This document shows, piece after piece, positions 17,652 to 28,399 of a stretch of 64,000 nucleotides of DNA. A model generated the notes under the pieces. That model did no database searches. It saw only the letters and a program-made list of their open reading frames with translations, and had not been told where the DNA came from. Position 1 is the first letter of the stretch. Each line of letters begins with the position of its first letter. The position numbers were made by a program, and so were the translations under genes. Source of the stretch: Dehalococcoidia bacterium (lineage in GTDB: Bacteria; Chloroflexota; Dehalococcoidia; Bin125); assembly GCA_965215375.1 (NCBI GenBank), contig CBDCDO010000001.1, positions 146,736-210,735 of the forward strand, read 5' to 3'.

Positions 17652-18866
17652 ATGCCCACGATCGATTCCATTGAACAGGCGAAGAGCCGATTTGGTGAGC
17701 TGTTGGAGGCTCAGCAGACCCGCGTCGACGCGATCAAGTCCGAGGGAGAGCCGACCGATTTCACGGCGCTCGACCATATTGAGATCGGCGTGCTCGGCGG
17801 CGACGGGATTGGCCCGTCGATCGCGCACGAGTCCCAGCGCGTGCTCGAGGCGCTGCTCGAAGACGAAGTGTCGTCCGGTCGCGTCAGCTTCCGCACGATC
17901 GATGGGCTCACGATTGAGCGTCGGGCTGAGGAGATGGCAGCAATCCCTGAGGGAGTGCTGAAGGAGATCAATGAGTGCGACGTGACGCTCAAGGGTCCGA
18001 CCACCACGCCCGAGCAAGGCGATGGATGGCCCAACATCGAGTCGGCCAATGTGGCGATGCGGAAGGTGCTCGACCTGTTCGCCAACGTGAGGCCCGTGCG
18101 CGTGCCGGCGGAAGGGATCGACTGGACCTTCTTCCGCGAGAACACCGAAGACCTGTATGCCGTCGGATCCGAGGGATTCTCGATCGGCGACCTGAACATC
18201 GACTTCAAGATTCTCTCGAACCCCGGCTCGGAGCGGATTATCCGCGCGGCGTTCGAGTATGCCAAGAACAACGGCAAGGACTCGGTCACGGTCGTGACCA
18301 AGGCGAATGTGGTCAAGACGACCGATGGCGCGTTCCTCGACGCGGCGCGTCGGGTGGCGGAGGACTTCGAGGGGATCGAGTGGGAGGGTTGGTACATCGA
18401 CATCATGACCGCGAAGCTGGTCGACCCCAAGCGTCGGACGAACTTCCAGGTCTTCGCGTTGCCCAACCTCTACGGCGACATTTTGACCGACGAGGCGGCC
18501 GAGTTCCAGGGTGGCGTCGGCACGGCCGGCGCGGCCAATATCGGCACGAAGACGGCGATGTTTGAGGCGATCCACGGCTCGGCGCCGCGGATGGTGCGCG
18601 AAGGTCGCGACATCTACGCTGACCCGTCGTCGATGCTGCGCGCGGGTGGGATGTTGCTTTCCCACATCGGCTTCCCCGAGCTCGGTGGCAAACTGGACAA
18701 GGCGATGGATCTCTGTGGCCAGTATGAGAAGGAGCTGGTGATGACCGGTCGGAACACTGGCGCCACGACCGCCGAATTCGGCGACTACGTGCTGGCGACG
18801 GTGAACGACTCCACGCTCGACGATCGGTGGACGGCGGCCATCGAGGCCGTTCGGTCTGGGTCGTAG
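17652..18866 (+). CDS. isocitrate/isopropylmalate dehydrogenase family protein
   Basis: LGGDGIGPSI near the N-terminus and NLYGDILTDEAA...GGVGTAGAANIG. The ATG at 17652 is preceded by ggagag. Confidence 0.85.
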   Translation: MPTIDSIEQAKSRFGELLEAQQTRVDAIKSEGEPTDFTALDHIEIGVLGGDGIGPSIAHESQRVLEALLEDEVSSGRVSFRTIDGLTIERRAEEMAAIPEGVLKEINECDVTLKGPTTTPEQGDGWPNIESANVAMRKVLDLFANVRPVRVPAEGIDWTFFRENTEDLYAVGSEGFSIGDLNIDFKILSNPGSERIIRAAFEYAKNNGKDSVTVVTKANVVKTTDGAFLDAARRVAEDFEGIEWEGWYIDIMTAKLVDPKRRTNFQVFALPNLYGDILTDEAAEFQGGVGTAGAANIGTKTAMFEAIHGSAPRMVREGRDIYADPSSMLRAGGMLLSHIGFPELGGKLDKAMDLCGQYEKELVMTGRNTGATTAEFGDYVLATVNDSTLDDRWTAAIEAVRSGS

Positions 18867-18873
18867 GTCGACG

Positions 18874-19500
18874 ATGGCCGATCCACTTCGGGTTGAACGA
18901 GCCAGAGCTGAGCGCGCCGAGGCCGGTCGTAACGCGGCCGTTGCTCGGGCTGACACACTGGAGGATCGCGCGAAGAAGGCGGAGAAGCAGTCGCGCGAAC
19001 TTCGCGCGCATCTGGACAAGCTGGCCGCTCGCTTGTCCAAGTCGGGCGAGGAGGTCGAACCGCTGCGAGCGGAGCTCCGTCAGGTCAGGGCCGAGCGCGA
19101 CGAGCTTCAGGCGACGGCCGAGGCCGCGTCGAAGTCGGCTGAGTCCGCACAAGCGCAGCTTGCGGAGCTGCTCGCGCGAGCGGAATCGGCTGAGCGCGAG
19201 CGTGACCGTCTGCAGGGCGAACACCAGGCACTGACCGAGAAGTCGACCTTCTACGAGCAAGCAGCGAAGGAGGCGTCGTCCTCGCTCGCTGCGGCGTCTG
19301 CAGCGCAGACGGAGGCGGAGACTCGCGCGACGGAGCTGCAATCGACGCTCGACGCTCGGCATGACGAATTCCGTCAGGAACGCAATCGGATGAGCCGCGA
19401 GAACGAACGTCTGCAGAAGCGCGTGGACCAGCTCGAAACGGAGCTGGAGCAGGCGCAACAAGGGCTCGGTGGGGCGTTACGCCGACGACTCGGTCGGTAG
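18874..19500 (+). CDS. coiled-coil hypothetical protein
   Basis: Ala/Glu/Arg/Leu-rich heptad-like sequence throughout. No recognisable catalytic motif. Confidence 0.45.
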   Translation: MADPLRVERARAERAEAGRNAAVARADTLEDRAKKAEKQSRELRAHLDKLAARLSKSGEEVEPLRAELRQVRAERDELQATAEAASKSAESAQAQLAELLARAESAERERDRLQGEHQALTEKSTFYEQAAKEASSSLAAASAAQTEAETRATELQSTLDARHDEFRQERNRMSRENERLQKRVDQLETELEQAQQGLGGALRRRLGR

Positions 19501-19544
19501 CGCGGTTCACCGTCGTGGTGTCGGATCCGCGATACGATCTGAGC

Positions 19545-22500
19545 ATGGCGAGTACACAGGCAAGTTCACAGCGACCGGATCTCCTGGCATTGGCGACCGA
19601 ACGGGTCATCGTGCTCGATGGTGCCACGGGTACGGGTCTGCAGTTGTTGGACCTCTCGCTCGACGACTTCGACGGGCTCGAAGGTTGCAATGAGATCCTG
19701 AATGTCTCGCGGCCCGACGCGGTCGCGGCGCTGCATGAGTCGTACTTCGAGGCTGGTGCCGACGCGGTGCTGACGAATACTTTCGGCGGCTCCACGATCA
19801 CGCTCGGTGAGTACGACCTCGCGGAGCGGACGCGGGAGATCAATCGGGAGTCGTCCAGGATTGCGCGTGAGGTTGCGGATCGATTCTCCACGCTCGAGCG
19901 TCCGCGATACGTGATTGGATCGTTGGGGCCGGGGACGAAGCTGCCGTCGCTTGGGCATGTCGAGTTCGACGAGGTCCATGCGGCGTATCTGGAGCAGGCC
20001 CGAGGGCTGCTCGACGGTGGGGTCGACGCGCTGCTGGTGGAGACGGTCTATGACCTACTGCAGGGGAAGGCGGCGATTTTGGCGTGTCGGGACGCGCTCG
20101 CCGAACGGCAGCTCCGCACGCCGCTGTTTGGCACGGTCACGATCGAGACGACGGGACAGATGCTGGTCGGCAGCGAGATCGGCGCGGCGTTGACCTCGTT
20201 GGCGACGCTGGGGCTCGACGGGATCGGTCTGAACTGCGCGACGGGGCCCGATCTGATGCACGAGCCGCTTCGCTATCTGTCGCAACAGTGGGAGTCGACG
20301 CTGCTCTGCTCGCCCAATGCTGGATTGCCGCGCACCGAAGATGGACAGATGGTCTACGACCTCACGGCCTCGGAGTTGGCGGACGCGCATCGGACATTCG
20401 TGAGTGAGTACGGCGTGGGAATCGTCGGAGGATGCTGCGGGACGACGCCAGAGTACGTGCGTGCGGTTCGTGAGGCTGTGGATGGTCTGGCACCGAGGAA
20501 GCGGGTCGCCGAGCCAGAAGCGGCTGCCTCTTCGCTGTTTGTGTCGACGCCGTATCGACAGGAGACCTCGTTCCTGATTGTCGGCGAGCGCGCCAACGCG
20601 AACGGCTCGAGACGATTTAAGCGACTGCTCCAGAACGAGGAATGGGAGCAGATGGCGAACGTGATCCGCGATCAGGCGGCTGAGGGCGCGCACGTTGCAG
20701 ATGTGTGCGTCGACTTCGTCGGTCGGGACGGCGTGCCTGACATGGCTGAGCTGGTCGCGCGCGCACGCGGACTGTCGACGCTGCCCTTGATGCTGGACTC
20801 GACCGAGCCGGCGGTACTGGAGGCGGGGCTGAAGCAACTCGGCGGGAAGGCGCTCGTCAACTCGATCAATCTCGAGGATGGCGGCGCGAGGCTCGATCAG
20901 ACGCTGTCTTCGGCGATCCGATTTGGCGCCGGTGTGGTCGCGCTGGTAATCGACGAGGAAGGCCAGGCGCGGACCTGCGAGCGGAAGTTGGAGATTGCGC
21001 GTCGGCTGTATCGGATTGCGACCGAGGACTATGGTCTCGCACCTGAGGATCTATTCTTCGACGCGCTCACACTGCCCGTCAGTACGGGTCAAGAAGACCT
21101 GCGGCGCGACGGACTCGAGACGCTCGACGCAGTCGAGGCGATCACACGAGAGTTCCCTCGCGCGCAGACGATCCTGGGGATCTCGAACATTTCATTCGGG
21201 CTCAATCCGGCTGCTCGACAGGTGCTGAACTCGGTGTTCTTGCACGACGCCGTCGCGCGAGGCCTCAAAGCCGCGATCGTGCATGCTGCGCAAATTCTGC
21301 CGCTCAACCGGATTCCAGAAGAGCAACTGATCGCGGCACGACGACTGATCCTCAATGAATGGGTCGATGGTCCTGAAGGGCCGATCGATCCGCTGCCCGC
21401 GTTCATGGCGCTGTTTGAGAACGTCGAAGCGTCGACGCAGGAGCGTGAGAGCCTTGACAGCCTTCCGCTGGAGCAGCGATTGCATCGACGGATCGTCGAC
21501 GGTCAGCGGGAGGGTTTGGAATCCGACCTCGATGAGGCGTTGGTCAAGCGTGAGGCGATTCCGATCATCAATGACGTGCTCTTACCGGCGATGCAGGAAG
21601 TAGGCGACCTGTTCGGCGCGGGCGAGATGCAGTTGCCGTTTGTGCTGCAATCGGCGGAGACGATGAAGCGCGCGGTGGCGCATCTTGAGCCGCATATGGA
21701 TCGTCTGGAGTCGACGAGCAAGGGCTCAATCGTCTTGGCGACGGTGCGCGGAGATGTGCACGATATCGGCAAGAACTTGGTTGAGATTATCCTCTCGAAC
21801 AACGGCTTCACGACGATCAATTTGGGGATCAAGCAGCCGATCGCCAACGTGATCGAGGCGGCGATCGAACACAACGCCGATGCGATTGGATTGTCGGGAC
21901 TGCTGGTCAAGTCGACGCTGGTGATGAAGGAAGATCTGGAGGAGCTGAATCGTCGTGAGCTGGCGAATCGCTGGCCGGTGCTCTTGGGCGGCGCGGCGCT
22001 GACGCGGAAGTACGTCGAGTGGGATTTACGCAATACGTTCCACGGCGATGTCTTCTACGGACAGGACGCGTTTGCTGGCCTCAAAATCATGAATGCGCTG
22101 AGCGACGGGGTCGAACTCGATCGTGCGCCGGTCGAGCCGGTCGCCAAGGCTGCTCCTGGGAAGAAGGCGTCACCGACGGCGACACTGGCTCGCTCGCGGC
22201 TGGCTCCGTCGGAGCTGATTCCTCAGGCGCCATTCCTGGGCACGCGCGTGATTCGCGGACTGCCATTGACCGAGGTGTTTCCGTACATCAATCGCAAGGC
22301 GCTATTGCTCGGGCAATGGGGATTCAAAGGTCAGGATGCAGAGACGGCCGCTCGGGCGGAACAGGCATTGTCGGAAATTCAGCAACAGGCCTTGCGCGAT
22401 GGGGTGCTGGAGCCGGCGGTGGTCTATGGCTACTTTCCGGCGCAGTCGGACGGCGATCAGCTGATCGTGTATGAGCCGGACGACTCGGGAACCGAGTCAG

Positions 22501-22991
22501 TCCGATTCTCCTTCCCGCGTCAGACGAAGGGTCAGGGTCGTTGCTTGGCCGACTACTTCCGCTCGGTCGATTCGGGTGAGATGGACGTGATCGGCTTCCA
22601 CGTGGTGACGATGGGTTCGAGTGTGGGCGAGTACGCGCAGGAGTTGTACGCCGAGAATCGGTATCAGGACTACCTCTACTGGCACGGATTCGGCGTGGAA
22701 ACCGCCGAGGCCTTGGCCGAGTACTGGCATCGACGGATCCGTCAGGAGCTCAAAATCGACGGCTCAGATGGCGAGACGCCCTCGGAGCTGTTCAAGACGA
22801 ACTATCAGGGAGCGCGGTACTCGTTTGGCTATCCGGCCTGTCCCAATCTTGAGGATCAGGCGCTCCTCTGGCAGCTGCTGCAGCCAGAGCGAATCGGTGT
22901 CAGGCTGAGCGATGAGTTCCAGATGGATCCCGAGCAGTCGACGTCGGCGATGATTGTGCATCATCCGGAGGCGGGGTACTTCAACATCTAG
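19545..22991 (+). CDS. metH: cobalamin-dependent methionine synthase
   Basis: N-terminal VLDGATGT, the B12-binding motif GDVHDIGKN and a C-terminal activation domain (RYSFGYPACPNLEDQ). Start chosen at MASTQ. Confidence 0.95.
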   Translation: MASTQASSQRPDLLALATERVIVLDGATGTGLQLLDLSLDDFDGLEGCNEILNVSRPDAVAALHESYFEAGADAVLTNTFGGSTITLGEYDLAERTREINRESSRIAREVADRFSTLERPRYVIGSLGPGTKLPSLGHVEFDEVHAAYLEQARGLLDGGVDALLVETVYDLLQGKAAILACRDALAERQLRTPLFGTVTIETTGQMLVGSEIGAALTSLATLGLDGIGLNCATGPDLMHEPLRYLSQQWESTLLCSPNAGLPRTEDGQMVYDLTASELADAHRTFVSEYGVGIVGGCCGTTPEYVRAVREAVDGLAPRKRVAEPEAAASSLFVSTPYRQETSFLIVGERANANGSRRFKRLLQNEEWEQMANVIRDQAAEGAHVADVCVDFVGRDGVPDMAELVARARGLSTLPLMLDSTEPAVLEAGLKQLGGKALVNSINLEDGGARLDQTLSSAIRFGAGVVALVIDEEGQARTCERKLEIARRLYRIATEDYGLAPEDLFFDALTLPVSTGQEDLRRDGLETLDAVEAITREFPRAQTILGISNISFGLNPAARQVLNSVFLHDAVARGLKAAIVHAAQILPLNRIPEEQLIAARRLILNEWVDGPEGPIDPLPAFMALFENVEASTQERESLDSLPLEQRLHRRIVDGQREGLESDLDEALVKREAIPIINDVLLPAMQEVGDLFGAGEMQLPFVLQSAETMKRAVAHLEPHMDRLESTSKGSIVLATVRGDVHDIGKNLVEIILSNNGFTTINLGIKQPIANVIEAAIEHNADAIGLSGLLVKSTLVMKEDLEELNRRELANRWPVLLGGAALTRKYVEWDLRNTFHGDVFYGQDAFAGLKIMNALSDGVELDRAPVEPVAKAAPGKKASPTATLARSRLAPSELIPQAPFLGTRVIRGLPLTEVFPYINRKALLLGQWGFKGQDAETAARAEQALSEIQQQALRDGVLEPAVVYGYFPAQSDGDQLIVYEPDDSGTESVRFSFPRQTKGQGRCLADYFRSVDSGEMDVIGFHVVTMGSSVGEYAQELYAENRYQDYLYWHGFGVETAEALAEYWHRRIRQELKIDGSDGETPSELFKTNYQGARYSFGYPACPNLEDQALLWQLLQPERIGVRLSDEFQMDPEQSTSAMIVHHPEAGYFNI

Positions 22992-23102
22992 AGTGCCGTT
23001 GAGGGCTCGTTTGAGCGGGTGGGGCGATACGCTGCTTGAGATCGCTGTTCCAACAGGGAGCCTCGGGGCGATCAAGTCATGGTCAGGTGAAGTCGCAGGC
23101 GT

Positions 23103-24458
23103 TTGATGAGTGATCTCTTCCGACCTCGCTGGCGTGAAGGCAACGATCCGTTCCGTCGGCTTGTGGTCCAGACGACGTTGCGGTTCATGGAGGTCGAAGC
23201 GGCGGGTGGCGTCGTATTGGTCGTCGCGGCGGTGATCGCGATGGTTTGGGCGAACCTGGACTTCCACTCCTACGACTCCTTCTGGCACGCGCATATCGAG
23301 ATCGATTTGGCGATCTGGTCATTCGATCAGTCGTTGCAGCATGTCGTCAACGACGTGCTGATGGTGGTGTTCTTCCTCGTCGTCGGGGCAGAAATCAAGC
23401 GCGAGGTGACGCACGGCGAGCTGCGCGATCCACGACAGGCAGCCTTGCCGATCTTCGCCGCGCTGGGCGGCATGCTGGTGCCGGCGGGATTCTATGCCGT
23501 GCTCACCGCTGGAGGCGAGGGCAGCTCTGGCTGGGGTATCCCGGTGGCGACGGATATCGCGTTCGCGCTCGGAGTGCTGGCACTCGTCGGACGCGGGGTG
23601 CCGGTGCAGCTGAAGGTGTTTCTGCTCACCCTGGCGGTCGCCGACGATGTCGGTGGCATTCTGATCATCGCGATCTTCTATTCGGAATCGATTCAGTTCG
23701 AGTGGTTGCTCGGCATGGTCGGCGCGGTCGGATTCTTGCTGCTCTTGAAGCGGCTCGGCTTCCGACACTTCGGAATTCACGCGATCGGCGGGGTGTTCCT
23801 TTGGCTGACACTCTGGGAAGCGGGCGTCCACGCGACGCTTGCCGGGGTGATTCTGGGGCTGATCGTGCCCGCGGACGCGCTCTATGACGGCGCAGGGACC
23901 ACTCGACGGATTGATTACCTGCTTCAACGCTTGCGCTATGTCCAGGAGGACCCAGACCCCGCGGTTCGCGAGCACGACTCGGATGAGGCGTTACGCAATA
24001 TCGAGCACGTCGCTCGAGAAGGGGTGAGCCCGCTGGAGCGGGTCGAAGAGTCGATTGCGCCGATCTCGGCCTTTGGCGTGGTGCCGATTTTCGCGCTCGC
24101 CAACGCAGGCATACTGATCACTGGCGACAGCATCGACGCGGCGCTCAGTTCAAACGTCGCCTGGGGCATCTTCTTGGGTCTAATCGTGGGCAAATTTGTG
24201 GGCATCATTGGAGCGTCGGCGTTGGCGATCAAGCTGGGCATCGCGTTCAAACCGGAGCAGATGCGCTGGGGACATTTCGCAGGAGCGGCGCTGCTCGCAG
24301 GGATTGGATTCACGGTTGCGATCTTCATCGCCAACCTCAGTTTCGACTCGGCAGAGGCGGAACTCCTGGAAGCCGCGAAGATCGGCATCTTTGCGGCCTC
24401 GATCGTGGCGGCGGTGCTGGGGTACGTCGTGCTGCGACGAGTCAGTCCGCGGTATTGA
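23103..24458 (+). CDS. nhaA: Na+/H+ antiporter NhaA
   Basis: Multi-TM protein with NhaA motifs (GWGIPVATDIAFALGVL, VPIFALANAG). Confidence 0.9.
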   Translation: MMSDLFRPRWREGNDPFRRLVVQTTLRFMEVEAAGGVVLVVAAVIAMVWANLDFHSYDSFWHAHIEIDLAIWSFDQSLQHVVNDVLMVVFFLVVGAEIKREVTHGELRDPRQAALPIFAALGGMLVPAGFYAVLTAGGEGSSGWGIPVATDIAFALGVLALVGRGVPVQLKVFLLTLAVADDVGGILIIAIFYSESIQFEWLLGMVGAVGFLLLLKRLGFRHFGIHAIGGVFLWLTLWEAGVHATLAGVILGLIVPADALYDGAGTTRRIDYLLQRLRYVQEDPDPAVREHDSDEALRNIEHVAREGVSPLERVEESIAPISAFGVVPIFALANAGILITGDSIDAALSSNVAWGIFLGLIVGKFVGIIGASALAIKLGIAFKPEQMRWGHFAGAALLAGIGFTVAIFIANLSFDSAEAELLEAAKIGIFAASIVAAVLGYVVLRRVSPRY

Positions 24459-24608
24459 TCGCTCCGAGGTGAGCAGCGACAGCCTGACTGTGCGCTACAC
24501 TTTCATCAGTTGTGTGTCGCCCCTGCATGCGTGGGCGACCTGGCCAAACAGATTGTGGAATTGAAACATGGGCGCTCGGAAGGCCCACATGTTGAGGAGG
24601 CGGCATAC

Positions 24609-25475
24609 GTGCAAGCGGTGAAATACGCCCGCGCCGAGAGCGTGGAAGAGGCAGTCAGCCTGTTGCAAGATGGTGGCGACGGCGCTCGGCCGTTGGCCGG
24701 CGGAACCGATGTGATCGTGCAAGCCAGAGAGCGCACGCGAGACATCGACCTGTTCGTCGACATCAAGCACATCCCTGAAGTCATGGCCATCGAGCATGGC
24801 GACGATGGCAGCCTGACGATCGGCGCGGCGACGCCGTGCTACCAGATCTATGGCGACTCGTCGATCCAGGAGCGATTCCCGATTCTGGTCGATTCGACGT
24901 CCCTGATCGGCGGTACCGCAATCCAGGGCCGAGCATCGCTCGGCGGGAACCTGTGTAACTCCTCGCCAGCGGCGGATGGGATCCCATCGCTAATCGTGCT
25001 TGAGGCGCAGGTGGAAATTGCCGGAGCGAACGGTCGGCGGACGGTTGCGGTGGAGGACTTCTGCACTGCCCCTGGTCGGAATGTGCTTGAGGACGGCGAA
25101 TTCGCGGTCAAGCTGCACTTCCCGGCGCCGGCTGAGGGTTCTGGGGCTCGCTTCCTGAGGTTTATCCCGCGGAACGAGATGGATATCGCGGTGACGAACG
25201 CGGCGACGCAGCTGCGGCTCGACAGCGATGGTTCGGTGAGCTGGGCTCGAGTGTCCGTGGGCGCCGTAGCGCCGACACCGCTGCTCGTTGCGGGCGCGGC
25301 TGAGGCGTTGGTCGGTCAGCCGTTGAGCGAAGATTCGATCGCCGCTGCTGCGGCAGCATCGAGCGCCGCCGCACGACCGATCACCGACATGCGCGGCAGC
25401 ATCAAACAGCGAGTGCATCTCGCTGGTGTGCTCACCGAGCGCACGATTCGCCAAGCCGCCGAACGCGCGAGCTAA
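24609..25475 (+). CDS. xanthine dehydrogenase family, FAD-binding (medium) subunit
   Basis: LAGGTDVIV and GGTAIQGRASLGGNLCNSSPAAD motifs. GTG 24609 follows gaggagg, but the start is uncertain (the ORF opens at 24510). Confidence 0.8.
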   Translation: MQAVKYARAESVEEAVSLLQDGGDGARPLAGGTDVIVQARERTRDIDLFVDIKHIPEVMAIEHGDDGSLTIGAATPCYQIYGDSSIQERFPILVDSTSLIGGTAIQGRASLGGNLCNSSPAADGIPSLIVLEAQVEIAGANGRRTVAVEDFCTAPGRNVLEDGEFAVKLHFPAPAEGSGARFLRFIPRNEMDIAVTNAATQLRLDSDGSVSWARVSVGAVAPTPLLVAGAAEALVGQPLSEDSIAAAAAASSAAARPITDMRGSIKQRVHLAGVLTERTIRQAAERAS

Positions 25476-25523
25476 GCGCAAGAAGCTGATCTACAAACCG
25501 TATTCAACGGAGGAATCTCTCCC

Positions 25524-26003
25524 ATGGCAAGTGAACACATCGTCGTTAGCTGCGAAATCAACGGGGAACAGCAAGTGTTTCTCGCGAACGAGCGGGACTC
25601 GCTGCTCGAGGCGTTGCGCGATCGGATCGGTCTGACGGGCGCCAAAGAGGGCTGCAACAACGGCAACTGCGGAGCCTGCTGCGTCAACATGGACGGCCGA
25701 ATTGTCAATAGCTGTCTGGTCATGGCAGCCGAGTGCGAGGGCGCTGAAATTCGTACGGTCGAGGGTCTCGCCAGCGGCGACCAGTTGTCGCCGTTGCAGA
25801 ATGCGTTCCTCGAGCAGGCCGCTCTCCAATGCGGCATCTGCACGCCCGGCTTCCTCGTCGCGGCCGAGTCGCTGCTGGAGCAGAACCCGGACCCGACCGA
25901 GCATGAAATCCGCTATTGGCTGGCGGGTAACCTCTGTCGCTGCACGGGATACGACAAGATCGTCAAGGCGGTCCAACAGGCTGCCGGTCAGAGCGTCGTT
26001 TAG
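25524..26003 (+). CDS. (2Fe-2S)-binding small subunit of the xanthine dehydrogenase family
   Basis: Cys clusters CNNGNCGACC and QCGICTPG ... CRCTGY. Confidence 0.9.
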   Translation: MASEHIVVSCEINGEQQVFLANERDSLLEALRDRIGLTGAKEGCNNGNCGACCVNMDGRIVNSCLVMAAECEGAEIRTVEGLASGDQLSPLQNAFLEQAALQCGICTPGFLVAAESLLEQNPDPTEHEIRYWLAGNLCRCTGYDKIVKAVQQAAGQSVV

Positions 26004-26057
26004 CGACGACCACCACTCACGCCCACACCCGCACATACGCCCGAAAGGACTCTTCAC

Positions 26058-28361
26058 ATGGTTACAGCGCAGTCGCAACCACAGTCAACAGAGACCGAGC
26101 AGTACAACGTCATCGGCACGCGTCCGATTCGTCACGATGGGGTCGACAAAGTCACCGGCATCGCGCAATACGGTGCGGACCTGCAGTTGCCGGGGATGGT
26201 CGCCGGACGTGTCCTACGCAGTCCGCACGCTCACGCGCGGATTGTCAGCGTTGACACCTCCAAGGCCGAGGCGCTACCGGGCGTGCTCGCCGTGATCACC
26301 AACGCGGACTTCCCCAGGGCGAGCGATGAGGTGATCGACACGGGCGAGGGCACGGCCCAGCTCAACTGGGTGCTCGACAACGTGATCGCTTCGACCAAGG
26401 TGCTCTACAAGGGGCACGCCGTCGCAGCGGTCGCCGCGACCGACCATCACATCGCCGAGGATGCGCTCGAGCTGATTGAGGTCGAGTACGACCTCCTGCC
26501 GCCGGTGCTGAGTGTGCGGGACGCGATGGTCGACGGCTCGCCGTTGCTGCACGAGAGTCTGCACACGGGCGAGATGGACGGCTCGAAGAGCGACAACGCG
26601 AGCAATACGGCGTCGCACCTGCAATTCACCAAGGGCGATCTCGATGCAGGGTTCGCCGAGGCGGATGTGGTGATCGAGCGCGAGTTCGAGACATCGATGG
26701 CGCATCAGGGCTACATCGAGCCGCACAACGGCACCGCCTATTGGCGCGCCGACGAAACGCTGGACGTCTGGACCTCAACGCAGGGTGCGTTCGTAGTGCG
26801 CGACTCAGTCGCGCCGTTGCTGCAGCTTTCACCGTCTCAGGTTAAGGTCACGCCGATGGAGATCGGCGGCGGATTCGGCGGGAAGATTCCCGTGTACCTG
26901 GAGCCGTTGGCGGCGTTGCTGTCGCAGAAGACGGGTCGACCGGTCAAGCTCACGATGAACCGCGAAGAGGTGCTGCTCGCGACCGGCCCGACGTCCGGTA
27001 CCTACATGCGCGTCCGGATGGGCGCCAAGCGCGACGGCACGATTACCGCGGCCGACGTTCACCTCGCATTTGAGGCTGGCGCGTATCCGGGCTCGCCGGT
27101 TGGCGCTGGCGCGATGTGCGCGCTCGCGCCATACGACATTCCCAATCAGCGGATTGATGGCTACGACGTGGTCGTGAACAAGCCCAAGACCGCTGCCTAC
27201 CGAGCGCCGGGCGCGCCGCAGTCTGAGTTCGCCACCGAGTCGGTGCTGAACGAGCTCGCGGAAGAGCTCGGTTTGGACCCGCTCGAGATGCGAATGCAGA
27301 ACGCGTGCGTCGAAGGGGCGCAGCGTGCTGACGGCTTCACCTACGGCGTGATCGGCAACGTGGAATGTCTCCAGGCAGCGCAAGATTCGCCGCACTGGCA
27401 GTCGGAGCTGGAAGGTCCCAACCGTGGTCGTGGGATCGCCCAGGGATTCTGGTTCAATATCGGCTTTGAGTCCTCGGCCTTCGCGCAGGTCAATGGCGAT
27501 GGCACTGTTCCTTTGTCACTCGGTTCTACCGATATCGGTGGTACGCGTGCGTCGATCGCGATGCAACTTGCGGAGACCTTGGGGATCTCCTCCGATGACG
27601 TGCGCCCGCAGGTGCTCGACACGAACTCGGTTGGCTACACACAGGTGACCGGTGGGTCTCGAACAACGTTCGCCGGCGGCTGGGCCGCCTACGAGTGCGC
27701 GATGGATATCCGTCGCCAAATGGAAACGCGAGCGGCGCAGATCTGGGAGTGCGACGCGGCAGATGTCACCTATGGCGACGACGCGATCATCCGTGGTCCT
27801 GCCGACGAGGATGGGAACGAGCAGTCGTTCACCTTCCGTCAGCTCGCTGGTCAGTTGGCATCCTCTGGCGGACACATTGTCGGCCGCGCAGACGTGAACA
27901 AGACATCGAGTGGTCCGGCCTTCGCGACGCACATCGTTGATGTCGAGGTGGATCCTGACACCGGCAAGGTGGAGATCCTGCGCTACACAGCGGTGCAGGA
28001 CGCAGGCACGGCGATTCACCCGGCATACGTCGAGGGACAGATGCAGGGTGGCGTTGCGCAGGGCGTCGGCATGGCGCTCAACGAGGAGTACTACTACGAC
28101 GAGAGTGGGGATCTGAAGAACGCCAGCTTGCTCGATTACCGCATGCCCACAGCGCTCGACTTGCCGATGATCGAAACGAACATCGTTGAGGTGCCGAATC
28201 CCGGTCACCCGTATGGTGTCCGCGGAGTCGGCGAGGTGCCGATCATTCCGCCGGCGCCAGCGGTGCGTGCTGCGATTGCGAACGCGATCGGTGTGCACAT
28301 GAGCGAGCTGCCGATGTCGCCGCGTGCGATCCTCGACGCGACCGTGTTGGGCGGCGACTAA
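26058..28361 (+). CDS. xanthine dehydrogenase family, molybdopterin-binding (large) subunit
   Basis: Size and motifs (GGGFGGK, AYRAPGAPQ). Follows the M and S subunits. Confidence 0.9.
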   Translation: MVTAQSQPQSTETEQYNVIGTRPIRHDGVDKVTGIAQYGADLQLPGMVAGRVLRSPHAHARIVSVDTSKAEALPGVLAVITNADFPRASDEVIDTGEGTAQLNWVLDNVIASTKVLYKGHAVAAVAATDHHIAEDALELIEVEYDLLPPVLSVRDAMVDGSPLLHESLHTGEMDGSKSDNASNTASHLQFTKGDLDAGFAEADVVIEREFETSMAHQGYIEPHNGTAYWRADETLDVWTSTQGAFVVRDSVAPLLQLSPSQVKVTPMEIGGGFGGKIPVYLEPLAALLSQKTGRPVKLTMNREEVLLATGPTSGTYMRVRMGAKRDGTITAADVHLAFEAGAYPGSPVGAGAMCALAPYDIPNQRIDGYDVVVNKPKTAAYRAPGAPQSEFATESVLNELAEELGLDPLEMRMQNACVEGAQRADGFTYGVIGNVECLQAAQDSPHWQSELEGPNRGRGIAQGFWFNIGFESSAFAQVNGDGTVPLSLGSTDIGGTRASIAMQLAETLGISSDDVRPQVLDTNSVGYTQVTGGSRTTFAGGWAAYECAMDIRRQMETRAAQIWECDAADVTYGDDAIIRGPADEDGNEQSFTFRQLAGQLASSGGHIVGRADVNKTSSGPAFATHIVDVEVDPDTGKVEILRYTAVQDAGTAIHPAYVEGQMQGGVAQGVGMALNEEYYYDESGDLKNASLLDYRMPTALDLPMIETNIVEVPNPGHPYGVRGVGEVPIIPPAPAVRAAIANAIGVHMSELPMSPRAILDATVLGGD

Positions 28362-28399
28362 GTCTCGATCCTGTCCGTCGACATAATGGACGGCAGTCG

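Noticed and set aside
24609-28361. The M-S-L gene order resembles coxMSL aerobic carbon-monoxide dehydrogenase.
   Set aside because: The large subunit reads AAYRAPGAPQ at the active-site loop. It has neither the form I VAYRCSFR nor the form II AYRGAGR motif, so only the general xanthine-dehydrogenase family is called.
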